IMG/VR virus record: IMGVR_UViG_3300046703_000247
Coordinates: 1 to 64,000 of that record
DNA length: 64,000 bases
DNA from: a virus
Strand: one strand, 5' to 3'
Position 1 is the stretch's first letter; the number at the start of each line of letters is the position of its first letter. Positions 19,130-27,496 of the stretch are shown here, in pieces. Made by a program: the position numbers and the translations under genes. The notes under the pieces are model-generated. The model did no database searches. It saw nothing but the letters and a program-made list of their open reading frames with translations, and was not told the origin of the DNA.

Positions 19130-19462
19130 GTGAAAATCAGGTACCGTATCGCGACCGCGGCAGTGGGCGTGGCGCTCCTGGTTGTGTTGTCCGCCCTGCC
19201 GATAGGGGGCGCACGGACCTACAAGGTGCTCGTGAAGTGGCAGGATAACGCGAATCCGTCCGGAACGACGTACCTGTTGTATCGAGCCGTGGGTGCTTGC
19301 AGCGCGACTTCGCAATTCTCGCAAATTGCGGCGACAACTAAAAAGAGCTATACGGATTTGCTCAAGCCCGGAGACTACTGCTTCCGCTGCACGGCGATAG
19401 CGAAGGGGCTTCCCGAATCCGCGCCCTCGAATCTGGTCACCGTCAGAAAGGCGGACTTCTAG
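19130..19462 (+). CDS. secreted fibronectin type III-like protein
   Basis: RBS AAGGAG, GTG start; signal peptide; W......Y.LYR...YTD....Y...A....ES.PSN. Confidence 0.7.
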   Translation: MKIRYRIATAAVGVALLVVLSALPIGGARTYKVLVKWQDNANPSGTTYLLYRAVGACSATSQFSQIAATTKKSYTDLLKPGDYCFRCTAIAKGLPESAPSNLVTVRKADF

Positions 19463-20055
19463 TGAAATCCTTACTGCTATTCTTTGTTGCGATCCCCGCG
19501 TTCGCACAGGTTCACAGCGCCACACTCTCCTGGAATCACGCAGACCCAGCGGCGACGTTCTCGATTTATAAGGCATCTGGACCGTGTTCGAGCAGTCCGG
19601 CGTTCGCAAAAATTGCCAGTGGCATCACCGTCAAAACGTATCAGGATTTGGCCGTGGCGACCGGAGCCTACGCCTACGTCGCCACCGCAACGGTCGCGGG
19701 CGCGGAGAGCGTCTATTCCAATTGCGCGGATGCCCTTGTCCCGGCGTTTGCGCCGACTGGGCTCTCTGCCGGACCTGTTGCCAATGGGGCCGTGCCGCTG
19801 ACGTGGGCGGATCCGCAGGTTGGCGCGACGTGGAGCGTCTATCGTTCCCCCAGCGCCTGCAACCAGACGCCGACGTGGGCCAAGCTCGTTGGCGGCCTGA
19901 CGACGCGAGCATACAGCGATTCTACCGTTCCGATGGGCAGTTCCTGCTATGGGGTCACCGCCACATTGAACGGAGTAGAGTCTCCCATATCCAGCAGCGT
20001 GACCGTAACCCGGTCCGCTGCGGCCCCTACCGGGTTGACGGTGCAGGTACAGTGA
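19462..20055 (+). CDS. secreted protein with two FN3-like domains
   Basis: Signal peptide; two LSW/LTW...YK/YR...Y.D...Y.(A/V)TA...ES repeats. Confidence 0.75.
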   Translation: MKSLLLFFVAIPAFAQVHSATLSWNHADPAATFSIYKASGPCSSSPAFAKIASGITVKTYQDLAVATGAYAYVATATVAGAESVYSNCADALVPAFAPTGLSAGPVANGAVPLTWADPQVGATWSVYRSPSACNQTPTWAKLVGGLTTRAYSDSTVPMGSSCYGVTATLNGVESPISSSVTVTRSAAAPTGLTVQVQ

Positions 20056-20067
20056 TTTCCCACCACC

Positions 20068-20448
20068 ATGTCTAGAGCCATGGAATACGCGGGCTTGGGG
20101 ACGATGCAATTGCGGCCCTTTAAGCCCGGCCAGTTGCTTCACCGTCGCGTTCAGCAGCCGCCGCGCGAACTCCCACTGCTGACCACGCGGCAGGCGCAGG
20201 TTGTCGCGCTGGTGCGGGAGGGTATCCACTCCACAAAGGAGATTGCGTTTCGCATGGGGTGGACGCCTCAAAGCGCGAAAGTGATGCTGGTGCTGCTCTA
20301 TCGGAGACTGCAAGCGAATGGCTACGGCGTGGACAACTTGACCTCGCTAGCCATCTGGGCCTTCGCTCCAGAGGTTCTCCGCAGGGAAGAAAAGGGTTCT
20401 AGGAAAAAGGAACCGTCCGGTTCCGTTTCCCTGGAGCTTCAACCGTAA
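20068..20448 (+). CDS. LuxR-type HTH regulator
   Basis: LTTRQAQVVALVREG..STKEIA.RMG.T..S.K.....LYRRL; C-terminus runs into R7. Confidence 0.7.
   Translation: MSRAMEYAGLGTMQLRPFKPGQLLHRRVQQPPRELPLLTTRQAQVVALVREGIHSTKEIAFRMGWTPQSAKVMLVLLYRRLQANGYGVDNLTSLAIWAFAPEVLRREEKGSRKKEPSGSVSLELQP
20383..20444 (+). repeat. hairpin repeat copy R7
   Basis: AGGGAAGAAAAGGGTTCTAGGAAAAAGGAACC-GTCC-GGTTCCGTTTCCCTGGAGCT. Confidence 0.9.
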
Positions 20449-20472
20449 AGCAATTCTCGACAGTTTAGGCCC

Positions 20473-21924
20473 ATGCCCGCACCTGGCGCAGTCACTTTCA
20501 CTCCCTTCGTGGACATCTACGGGATGCTCTCGCTCAAGGACATCCGGGTCTCCTCGTGGGAGGACGACAGCGGTTCGAACGGAGACGTAGCCCCTTACGT
20601 TCCGCTGAGAACCCCGCTCTTCAAGAGCCGCATCGACCCAACTTCGGGCGCTCCCGCCCAAGATCAACGCAATGTGTTTGGAGCATCGCAGGATGCCCGC
20701 ATAGAGGCCGGCGCAAACCTGACGCGCACCTGGGTACTGTTCTTCGAGAAAATCGCCGAGTTGCTCAAGCGAGTGGTCAGCCGTTCCCGGCGCCTGCATG
20801 CGCTGGTTTGCTACATCGATGAGACCGAGACGGATCAGGTGTGGGCCGAGATTCAAGCGGTGGACGCTTCGACCGACCCCATTGTTGTGGGCAATCTGAT
20901 ACCGCCGCCGCTGCTCCGCTCCTTGCCCCAGACGGACGCCTCTCCCTACCCACGTGACTGGGTGGTAGGCGATTACGTGGTCTGGAACGATCCCGAGAGA
21001 TCCGCGGTGGACCTGACCCGCCGGCGTTATGAGTGCGGTCAGATCACGGCCATCTCCGACACGGGAGACTGGACAATTCGGCGCCACTGGCCCGAATCGA
21101 CTCCCGGGAACCGCGCCACCTTCGGCAGCTACATGGAAGCGCATCCGGCGGTACGCCTCTACCGGATTGAGGTTGCCCACTTCACCTATGAGATTGTCGA
21201 AAACGCCTTCATGGTGGACAGCGATGGGAACCGCTCGGGAGTTCCAAAGCGCTGGGACATTGTACTGCCGCATGCCGCAGTCGTGGCCGTGTACATGGCG
21301 GCCGAAAACAGCACCGGGATGGGCCCGGCCACCGAAGTGAATTGCAGCTACCCGTACACGAGCATCAACCCCGCCTTGCTCCCTCCCGCTCCCGGGCTCC
21401 GGACTCACGTGGGGGCCGCGTACTGGTTTGAAGAGCCGGGAACCATTGCGCTGCGCACCCGGCCGGAAGGCTTGACGTTCAATTTCTACCCGACACTGCC
21501 CATCCGGATTCAAGACTGGGCCACCATCCGGACCATGTACGGGTTTCTGGGGACTCCCTCCGGCGACCTCACCGTCCGAGTGAAGATACTCCGTGCCTCC
21601 GAGCGGCTTCCAGACGTTCAGCTTTACGATCCCAGCCAGCCCTGGCGGGACCTCGAGGACCTGGTCTGGGCCAGCGGGGAGATTTCGAGCGCAGACAAGG
21701 GGCCCGGCTGGACAGCCCCTGGAACCAGCAACCCGCCCCGGGAGCGCCGGATGCCGTACTGCGAAAACGACCTGTTCTATTGGGACCCCGAGGACGTGGG
21801 CGATCCAGACTACGTCAAGAAAGCTTGGCCGGTACCGGTGATGGAAGCCGACGCCTGGCTGACCTTTGACATTGTCTCGATGGCCGGGGCTCCGGCGGAC
21901 ATCAGTGTGGTGGTGCAGACATGA
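20473..21924 (+). CDS. hypothetical tail-associated protein
   Basis: PLRTPL...LTRTWVLFFE motif typical of the gene after gp10-like hubs; long ORF. Confidence 0.65.
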   Translation: MPAPGAVTFTPFVDIYGMLSLKDIRVSSWEDDSGSNGDVAPYVPLRTPLFKSRIDPTSGAPAQDQRNVFGASQDARIEAGANLTRTWVLFFEKIAELLKRVVSRSRRLHALVCYIDETETDQVWAEIQAVDASTDPIVVGNLIPPPLLRSLPQTDASPYPRDWVVGDYVVWNDPERSAVDLTRRRYECGQITAISDTGDWTIRRHWPESTPGNRATFGSYMEAHPAVRLYRIEVAHFTYEIVENAFMVDSDGNRSGVPKRWDIVLPHAAVVAVYMAAENSTGMGPATEVNCSYPYTSINPALLPPAPGLRTHVGAAYWFEEPGTIALRTRPEGLTFNFYPTLPIRIQDWATIRTMYGFLGTPSGDLTVRVKILRASERLPDVQLYDPSQPWRDLEDLVWASGEISSADKGPGWTAPGTSNPPRERRMPYCENDLFYWDPEDVGDPDYVKKAWPVPVMEADAWLTFDIVSMAGAPADISVVVQT

Positions 21925-22343
21925 GCAAGACCGTCTTTAATGTGTCCGCCCTAACCAGACCCGATCCCACGGCCAGCGATGCGGAGAAAGCTACACACTT
22001 TCTCGCGCAACTGCGCGTCCGAACTTTGGAAAGCCTGCAAACCCTCCACGTCGTTGCAATACCCGATGCCGCCTACTGCCTGGATCTATCCCTACAGCGG
22101 CTGGACCTCGATGCGTTAAACCGCGCGTGCATCGACAAGCTGCTGTCCATGCCGCGCGACGAGGTGCTTCCCGCCGCCGCCGATTCCTTCTGGTCGCAGA
22201 CCTACCCGCACGCCCACATCCGATGTCTCAAGCGCTACGTGATTCGGGTGCAGGGCAGGGGGGGGACTTGGGTAGGGGTGATGGTCATGGACGGCGCAGC
22301 GATGGGCTTTGACGGGAAAGGATTTCCCCATGGCCTGGATTAA
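21921..22343 (+). CDS. hypothetical protein
   Basis: ATGA overlap in operon. Confidence 0.55.
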   Translation: MSKTVFNVSALTRPDPTASDAEKATHFLAQLRVRTLESLQTLHVVAIPDAAYCLDLSLQRLDLDALNRACIDKLLSMPRDEVLPAAADSFWSQTYPHAHIRCLKRYVIRVQGRGGTWVGVMVMDGAAMGFDGKGFPHGLD

Positions 22344-23580
22344 CGGACCAGCCCTGCTTTTGCAGGCACCCACTTGGCCGATGCTGCTGGGGTCAACCGA
22401 TTCCGGCCCCTGGCAGAACGTCTCCACGGGAAAATTCTACTGCGCGCTGACCTATTACGATCCCGTTGCGGGTGACCGGTACTTTCGAATCTACCGTGCG
22501 GATGACAGCGCAACCAGCCCGTGGGTGTCGGTTCTCGATCTGCCGAACTACCGCAATGGCGGCACCCCTACGTTCGGATTCGACCCCTCCACCGGAATCA
22601 TCACCGCGTACTACCCGATCACCCCGAGCGGGTATCGGTTGGGAGAATTCGACACCAACACGGAATCTTGGACAACCTTAGCAAGTTCTGGTGGCCCGAC
22701 CGCGTTTTCGTACCTGCAGGTTCAGAGATGCGCAGACGGTTCCACCCTGTTGGCCTATAACGGTGGCTCGCCAGCGCACACGTTGGGCCAACGCTACGCA
22801 TCTGGATGGGGCGCCGTCTTCGACATTGCATCAGTGAGCGCCCCCCCTTTGGGCACGGCCGCGGACGGGAGCATCGTATATGTGCTCTACCGGGAAGCGG
22901 CCAGCACGACGGCCAAAATCGCCAGGGTGCTGGCGGACAACACGATTGATTGGACGGTGACCGTCGCAAACTGGCCCTCCCTCCCTTCTTACCTCAATAA
23001 CCTGTTCTTACAGCTTCACGACGGCCCGCCACAGGAGTTTGTGGTGGGTAGTGCCGACAAGACGTGGACGGGTCCAGTTGCGGCCGACGCGACGTTTACC
23101 GAGGCTCCCGTACTAGGTGTTCCGGCTGGCGGGACCTCTTTAGATTATTCAAGGAGCATCGTCCGCCGCCCCGATGGGGTTGTATGGCAAATCTGGAATG
23201 TTCAAGTTGTCACGTGGGTAGGAGAGGTTGCCACCCTAACCTTCGACGGCATGTACGCCCGGCAGTACCTGGGCGGGAACGCGTGGGGAGCCGATCAAGT
23301 CGGAATTGATTTCGTCGAGCATCCGCCGGACATGCCCCCCGCGTTCACTCCACCTGGCTTTCCGGACGGCCCATATCTGTATCAGTACAGCCACGCCCAA
23401 TGGACGACGCGAGGATCGAACGCCGGCTTCGGGATCATTTGTGACTTTCTCGTCAACGACACCAACCTGACCTGTACTATTTTCTTCAGCGAATTCGACG
23501 CTATCCCCGAAGTTCCGCCGGTTGTGACGGCCCTGCGCTCCCGCACCTGCTACTACAAGCCCTTTTTTCCACCGCGATGA
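22330..23580 (+). CDS. hypothetical beta-rich (propeller-like) protein
   Basis: Long ORF in operon, Trp/Tyr/Thr-rich. Confidence 0.65.
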   Translation: MAWINGPALLLQAPTWPMLLGSTDSGPWQNVSTGKFYCALTYYDPVAGDRYFRIYRADDSATSPWVSVLDLPNYRNGGTPTFGFDPSTGIITAYYPITPSGYRLGEFDTNTESWTTLASSGGPTAFSYLQVQRCADGSTLLAYNGGSPAHTLGQRYASGWGAVFDIASVSAPPLGTAADGSIVYVLYREAASTTAKIARVLADNTIDWTVTVANWPSLPSYLNNLFLQLHDGPPQEFVVGSADKTWTGPVAADATFTEAPVLGVPAGGTSLDYSRSIVRRPDGVVWQIWNVQVVTWVGEVATLTFDGMYARQYLGGNAWGADQVGIDFVEHPPDMPPAFTPPGFPDGPYLYQYSHAQWTTRGSNAGFGIICDFLVNDTNLTCTIFFSEFDAIPEVPPVVTALRSRTCYYKPFFPPR

Positions 23581-23596
23581 TCCGAACGGCGCTGCC

Positions 23597-24064
23597 GTGA
23601 CCCAATTCGAGCGCACCAACGACATGGAACTCGTTAGGAAGATTCTCGCGCATCCCAGGCTGTGGGATCACATGACGGACGACTTCTGTCCGACCCGCGA
23701 AGAGTTCACGCCCGTCAATGACCCGCTGGTCTGGTACGTTCTCGCGACGGATGGCCCTGACGTGCTGGGCTTGTTTCTGTTCAGCCCCCAGAACGGAATT
23801 TGCTGGGACGCACACGTCTGCATACTGCCGCACGCATGGGGAGCCCGAGCGCAACAGGCGGTCCGGGGCGTGATTCAGTGGGTCTTCGACACGACGCCCT
23901 GCCGCCGGATCGTAGCCTCGATCCCCGAGTACAACCGCCTGGTGCTGCGCTTCGCGGAGCGCGCCGGGTTTGAGGTGTTCGGGGTGAATCGGAGAAGTTT
24001 CCAGAAAAACGGCAGGTTGCAGGACCAGATCATGTTAGGAATTTCCAAATCGGAGGTGGTGTGA
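23597..24064 (+). CDS. GNAT acetyltransferase (DUF2824-like)
   Basis: H.CILP.AWG; N...LRFAERAGF..FG; position before ejection proteins. Confidence 0.8.
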   Translation: MTQFERTNDMELVRKILAHPRLWDHMTDDFCPTREEFTPVNDPLVWYVLATDGPDVLGLFLFSPQNGICWDAHVCILPHAWGARAQQAVRGVIQWVFDTTPCRRIVASIPEYNRLVLRFAERAGFEVFGVNRRSFQKNGRLQDQIMLGISKSEVV

Positions 24065-24065
24065 C

Positions 24066-24926
24066 ATGCCGCCAATCGTAATTGCAGGAGCGATTTCAGC
24101 CGGAGCTTCTATCGGTGGGGCTCTCATTAACAAGAGTTCCGCCAATAAGGCGGCCGAGATTCAGGCCGAAGCCGCACGCAAGGCAGACGAGGTCGCCAAC
24201 AAGCAGGCGGGCTACGTGGCCGACACGGGTTACGGCCTGGCCACCAACCTGCGCGACGCGGGCACCGCCAACGAGCAGACGCTGCAGCAGGTATCGGGAA
24301 CCGGCGAGAAAGCGCTGTCCCCGTACCTCGAGGCGGGCACGTATGGGGTGACGGCGCTCAAGGACCTCGGTCAGAACTTGAACAAGCCGGTCACAATGGC
24401 CGATTTACAACTCGACCCCGGCTTCCAGTTTCGGATGGAGGAAGGGCAGAAGGCGCTGGAGCGCTCGGCCTCAGCTCGAGGAGGTCTGCTCGGCGGCGGA
24501 ACCCTGAAATCCCTGGCGCGCTATTCGCAAGGCGTAGCTTCGGACGAATACCAGAAGGCCTTCGACCGGTACCAGACCGACAATGCCGCGCGCTTCTCAA
24601 GGCTGTCCACGCTCACAGGTGTCGGGCAGAACGCCACCGGCAGCCTGCTGGATCTGAGCAAGTGGTACGGGACCAGTTCCACCGGCAACCGCACGGATAC
24701 CGAATCGAGAGCTGCCAGCCTGGCCATGGGCGGAGTGACCGGGGCGGCCGATCTGCGCATGAAGGGGGCTGAGGCCGGCCTACAAGGAGCGAACGCATCG
24801 GCAGCCGGCACCGTGGCATCGGGCAACGCCTGGGCGCAAGGATTGAGCGGGGCGGGCTCGAGCATCTCGAACGCCATCCTGCTCTCTCAGATGCTGAAGC
24901 CGCAGACGCAGCCAATCAATATCTAA
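24066..24926 (+). CDS. DNA ejection protein, P22 gp7-like
   Basis: L.PY..AG..G; DPGFQFR..EG.KALERSASARGGLLGG.TLK.L.RY.QG.AS.EY. Confidence 0.8.
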   Translation: MPPIVIAGAISAGASIGGALINKSSANKAAEIQAEAARKADEVANKQAGYVADTGYGLATNLRDAGTANEQTLQQVSGTGEKALSPYLEAGTYGVTALKDLGQNLNKPVTMADLQLDPGFQFRMEEGQKALERSASARGGLLGGGTLKSLARYSQGVASDEYQKAFDRYQTDNAARFSRLSTLTGVGQNATGSLLDLSKWYGTSSTGNRTDTESRAASLAMGGVTGAADLRMKGAEAGLQGANASAAGTVASGNAWAQGLSGAGSSISNAILLSQMLKPQTQPINI

Positions 24927-24927
24927 T

Positions 24928-24982
24928 TGAAGCCACCAGGGGCGAGACCCGGCGGTCTCTCCCCCGGTACCCCCTCGTCCCT
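24928..24982 (-). repeat. hairpin repeat copy R8
   Basis: rev-comp AGGGACGAGGGGGTACCGGGGGAGAGACC-GCCG-GGTCTCGCCCCTGGTGGCT. Confidence 0.85.
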
Positions 24983-24998
24983 GATCTGCTCCGTCCGA

Positions 24999-25054
24999 AG
25001 GGAGAAAAAGGGTTTGGGAAAAGGAACCATAGGTTCCGTTTCCCGAGGCCCCAC
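24999..25054 (+). repeat. hairpin repeat copy R9
   Basis: AGGGAGAAAAAGGGTTTGGGAAAAGGAACC-ATA-GGTTCCGTTTCCCGAGGCC. Confidence 0.9.
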
Positions 25055-25072
25055 TTGAAAGAGGCAATCTTT

Positions 25073-26377
25073 ATGGAACACAAACGCAGTTTCCCACGGG
25101 CCATTCTTGGCCTGATCGCGGTTATGGTCCTGTCGGTAGTCGCACTGAACTGGCAGACCCTGGCCCAGAGCACCGGGCAGTCGGCCATGTACGCGCAGAT
25201 CTTCAAGACCCAGACGTCGACGGGCCGCAGCCTGATCTTTGTAGATGCCCGGGGAGTCGGCGCGACCAACCACGTCTTCACCTGGACTACGGCTGGAGTT
25301 CCCAGCGGCTGCACCCTGCTCATCGAATCGAGTCTGGATGCCGTCACCTGGACCACGGCGAGCACCCAGACCTGCACCTCGAGCGGGAGTGTGACCCTCG
25401 CAGATGCCAGTTATTCCTTCCTGACCGCGAATCTGAGCGTGCTGACGGGCGGCTCTACGCCGTCGATCGACGTGGCCTATCGCGGGTACCTGCCGGGGCA
25501 GGGCGTCCCCGTGCGCCCGGCGGAAGGCGGGACCGGCAGCACAACCGCCTTCACGGCGGGCTCGGTGCTCTTCAGCGGAGCCTTGGGTGTCTACACCCAG
25601 GACAATGCCAACTTCTTCTGGGACAACTCAAATAAGCGCCTGTGCCTGCTGGCGGCCGCCTGTTCGAACACTCTCGACGTTGGCAACGGCAAGTTCTCGG
25701 TGACTTCGAACGGGCTGCTCACGAGCTACGACGCCACCCTGCGTGCGCGCGTGGCCGGGAGCGTGGCCAGCACGGTAACAGGGGCAGCCTCCCAGACCGC
25801 CGCTCTCAGCGAGTGGAAGAACAGCGCGGGAAGCGTGCTGGCGAGTGTCACGGCAGCCGGGGTGATCACCCCGACCTCGGGTATCGCGGGGACCGGGAAG
25901 TCCCGGTTCTCGACCGTGCCGATTGGCTTCACCGCCTACGGCTCCTTTGGAACCAACACAACTCTGGTTGCCGGAACGATCTATTGGGCCGAGGTCTTCA
26001 TCCCGCGCAACGTCACCCTCACGGGGATCGGCGTCTTGAACGGCGCGACCGTGGGCACCGACAAGTGGATTGTGGGGCTGTACGGATCTGCGGGTGGCGC
26101 CGTGTTGGCCAACAGCGCCCTGGCCGGAGCGACTGCGAGCGGCGCGGACGCCTTCCAGGAGCTGGCTTTCACGGCGACCTATGCGGCGGTCGGACCGGCG
26201 CGGTACTGGATCGCATTTCAATCCAACGGAACCACCGCCAAGATCCGCACGATTGCGGTGAACACGTTTGTGGATGTGCTGACCGATAGCGATACAGGAT
26301 CGTTTGGGATACTGACGGCTTTGACGGCGCCGACCACGTTCACAGCGGATTTGGGACCCATAGCCTACGTGTACTGA
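25073..26377 (+). CDS. fibre-like protein with signal peptide
   Basis: GGTG..T.FTAGSVLF....G...QDNANFFWDN.NKRL fibre motif; lies between R9 and R10. Confidence 0.7.
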   Translation: MEHKRSFPRAILGLIAVMVLSVVALNWQTLAQSTGQSAMYAQIFKTQTSTGRSLIFVDARGVGATNHVFTWTTAGVPSGCTLLIESSLDAVTWTTASTQTCTSSGSVTLADASYSFLTANLSVLTGGSTPSIDVAYRGYLPGQGVPVRPAEGGTGSTTAFTAGSVLFSGALGVYTQDNANFFWDNSNKRLCLLAAACSNTLDVGNGKFSVTSNGLLTSYDATLRARVAGSVASTVTGAASQTAALSEWKNSAGSVLASVTAAGVITPTSGIAGTGKSRFSTVPIGFTAYGSFGTNTTLVAGTIYWAEVFIPRNVTLTGIGVLNGATVGTDKWIVGLYGSAGGAVLANSALAGATASGADAFQELAFTATYAAVGPARYWIAFQSNGTTAKIRTIAVNTFVDVLTDSDTGSFGILTALTAPTTFTADLGPIAYVY

Positions 26378-26387
26378 GCGATTAGAG

Positions 26388-26442
26388 GCCGAAGCCTCGG
26401 GGACGAAACCCGGCGGTTTCTTCCCCAAACCCCTTCATCCCT
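26388..26442 (-). repeat. hairpin repeat copy R10
   Basis: rev-comp AGGGATGAAGGGGTTTGGGGAAGAAACC-GCCG-GGTTTCGTCCCCGAGGCTTCGGC. Confidence 0.9.
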
Positions 26443-26449
26443 GATCGCA

Positions 26450-26758
26450 ATGCCCAAGCTCAAAGGCGTCAGCAACTCCGAGGGCCAGCGTCTGGGCTAC
26501 ATGATGGAGTGCCCCGGCTGCGGCCAGTGGCACGTCATCTACACCGAACAAGCCAACGACCTCAAGGCCCGCTGGACCTTCGACGGAAACATGGAGAAGC
26601 CCACCTTCCACCCTTCCATTCTGTGCCGCTGGACCGAAGGCAAGGAGCAGGTGAAGAAGGTCTGTCACTTCTTTGTGCGCGCGGGCAAGATCGAGTTCTG
26701 CGGCGACTCGACACACGCGCTGGCGGGTAAGACCGTAGATCTACCGGACTGGAGTTAA
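26450..26758 (+). CDS. DUF6527-like Zn-binding protein
   Basis: CPGC...H...W.FDGN.EKPTF.PSIL...CH.FVR.G.I.FC.DSTH.LAG.TV.LP. Confidence 0.75.
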   Translation: MPKLKGVSNSEGQRLGYMMECPGCGQWHVIYTEQANDLKARWTFDGNMEKPTFHPSILCRWTEGKEQVKKVCHFFVRAGKIEFCGDSTHALAGKTVDLPDWS

Positions 26759-26764
26759 CTGCTA

Positions 26765-27088
26765 ATGCCAATCCCAGAAATGCTTTGGTGGCTGATCGTC
26801 GCGCACGCCCTCTGCGACTTCCCGTTGCAGGGCGACTTCCTGGCGCGCGGGAAGAACCACCGCGCTCCGATTGCCGGGGTGCCCTGGATTATCTGTCTCT
26901 TCTCCCACGCGCTGATTCACGGCGGAGCGGTGGCGCTCGTGACCGGCAGCGTCTTACTCGGAGCGGCCGAGACTGCCGCACACGCCTGGATTGACTGGGC
27001 CAAGTGCGACGGCCGCTACGGGTTCGCGGTGGACCAAGGGCTGCATCTGCTGGTCAAGGTCGGGTGGGTGATTTGGCTGACGCGCTAG
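26765..27088 (+). CDS. DUF3307 family membrane protein
   Basis: AHALCDFPLQ...H..IH...H..ID..K...DQ.LH. Confidence 0.8.
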   Translation: MPIPEMLWWLIVAHALCDFPLQGDFLARGKNHRAPIAGVPWIICLFSHALIHGGAVALVTGSVLLGAAETAAHAWIDWAKCDGRYGFAVDQGLHLLVKVGWVIWLTR

Positions 27089-27091
27089 AAC

Positions 27092-27406
27092 TCAGCCGTG
27101 CCGGTGCCGGCGAGCGCGGCGAGGAATCCATGGCGGTTCAGGGCTTCTTTTCATGGACACTTTCTTTCCCAATACAGGCTGGAAGCAGAAGGACGATTCA
27201 ACCACTTCCGTGATTCGGAACTGTGTCGGGTCCTCAAAGAACGTAACAATGTCCCCAACATTGAGAAATGCCAGACCATTGACCTGGCAAGCAGTTCCCG
27301 GCGGAATACATCCGAGAGACGGGATGCCGGCTGCCGGTGCGGGCTGCGGCAGCAGTGGCGCGGCAATCGCGCCCGCCAGCGCTCCGATGAACCCGCGTCG
27401 ATTCAT
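27092..27406 (-). CDS. twin-arginine mini-protein with possible coat-insertion-domain-like fragment
   Basis: Internal ATG 27406 gives MNRRGFIGALAGAIAAP; LNVGDIVTF...QFRIT motif; TGGCAGAAT 6 nt upstream. Confidence 0.7.
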   Translation of the reverse strand: MNRRGFIGALAGAIAAPLLPQPAPAAGIPSLGCIPPGTACQVNGLAFLNVGDIVTFFEDPTQFRITEVVESSFCFQPVLGKKVSMKRSPEPPWIPRRARRHRHG

Positions 27407-27425
27407 AAACCCATTCTGCCACCGA

Positions 27426-27481
27426 AGGGAAAAGAAAGGTTCGGAAAGAGAAACCTCGGTTTCGTTTTCCGAGGCCCCCAG
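27426..27481 (+). repeat. hairpin repeat copy R11
   Basis: AGGGAAAAGAAAGGTTCGGAAAGAGAAACC-TC-GGTTTCGTTTTCCGAGGCC, close to R3. Confidence 0.9.
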
Positions 27482-27496
27482 TAAAGGAACCGTGCC

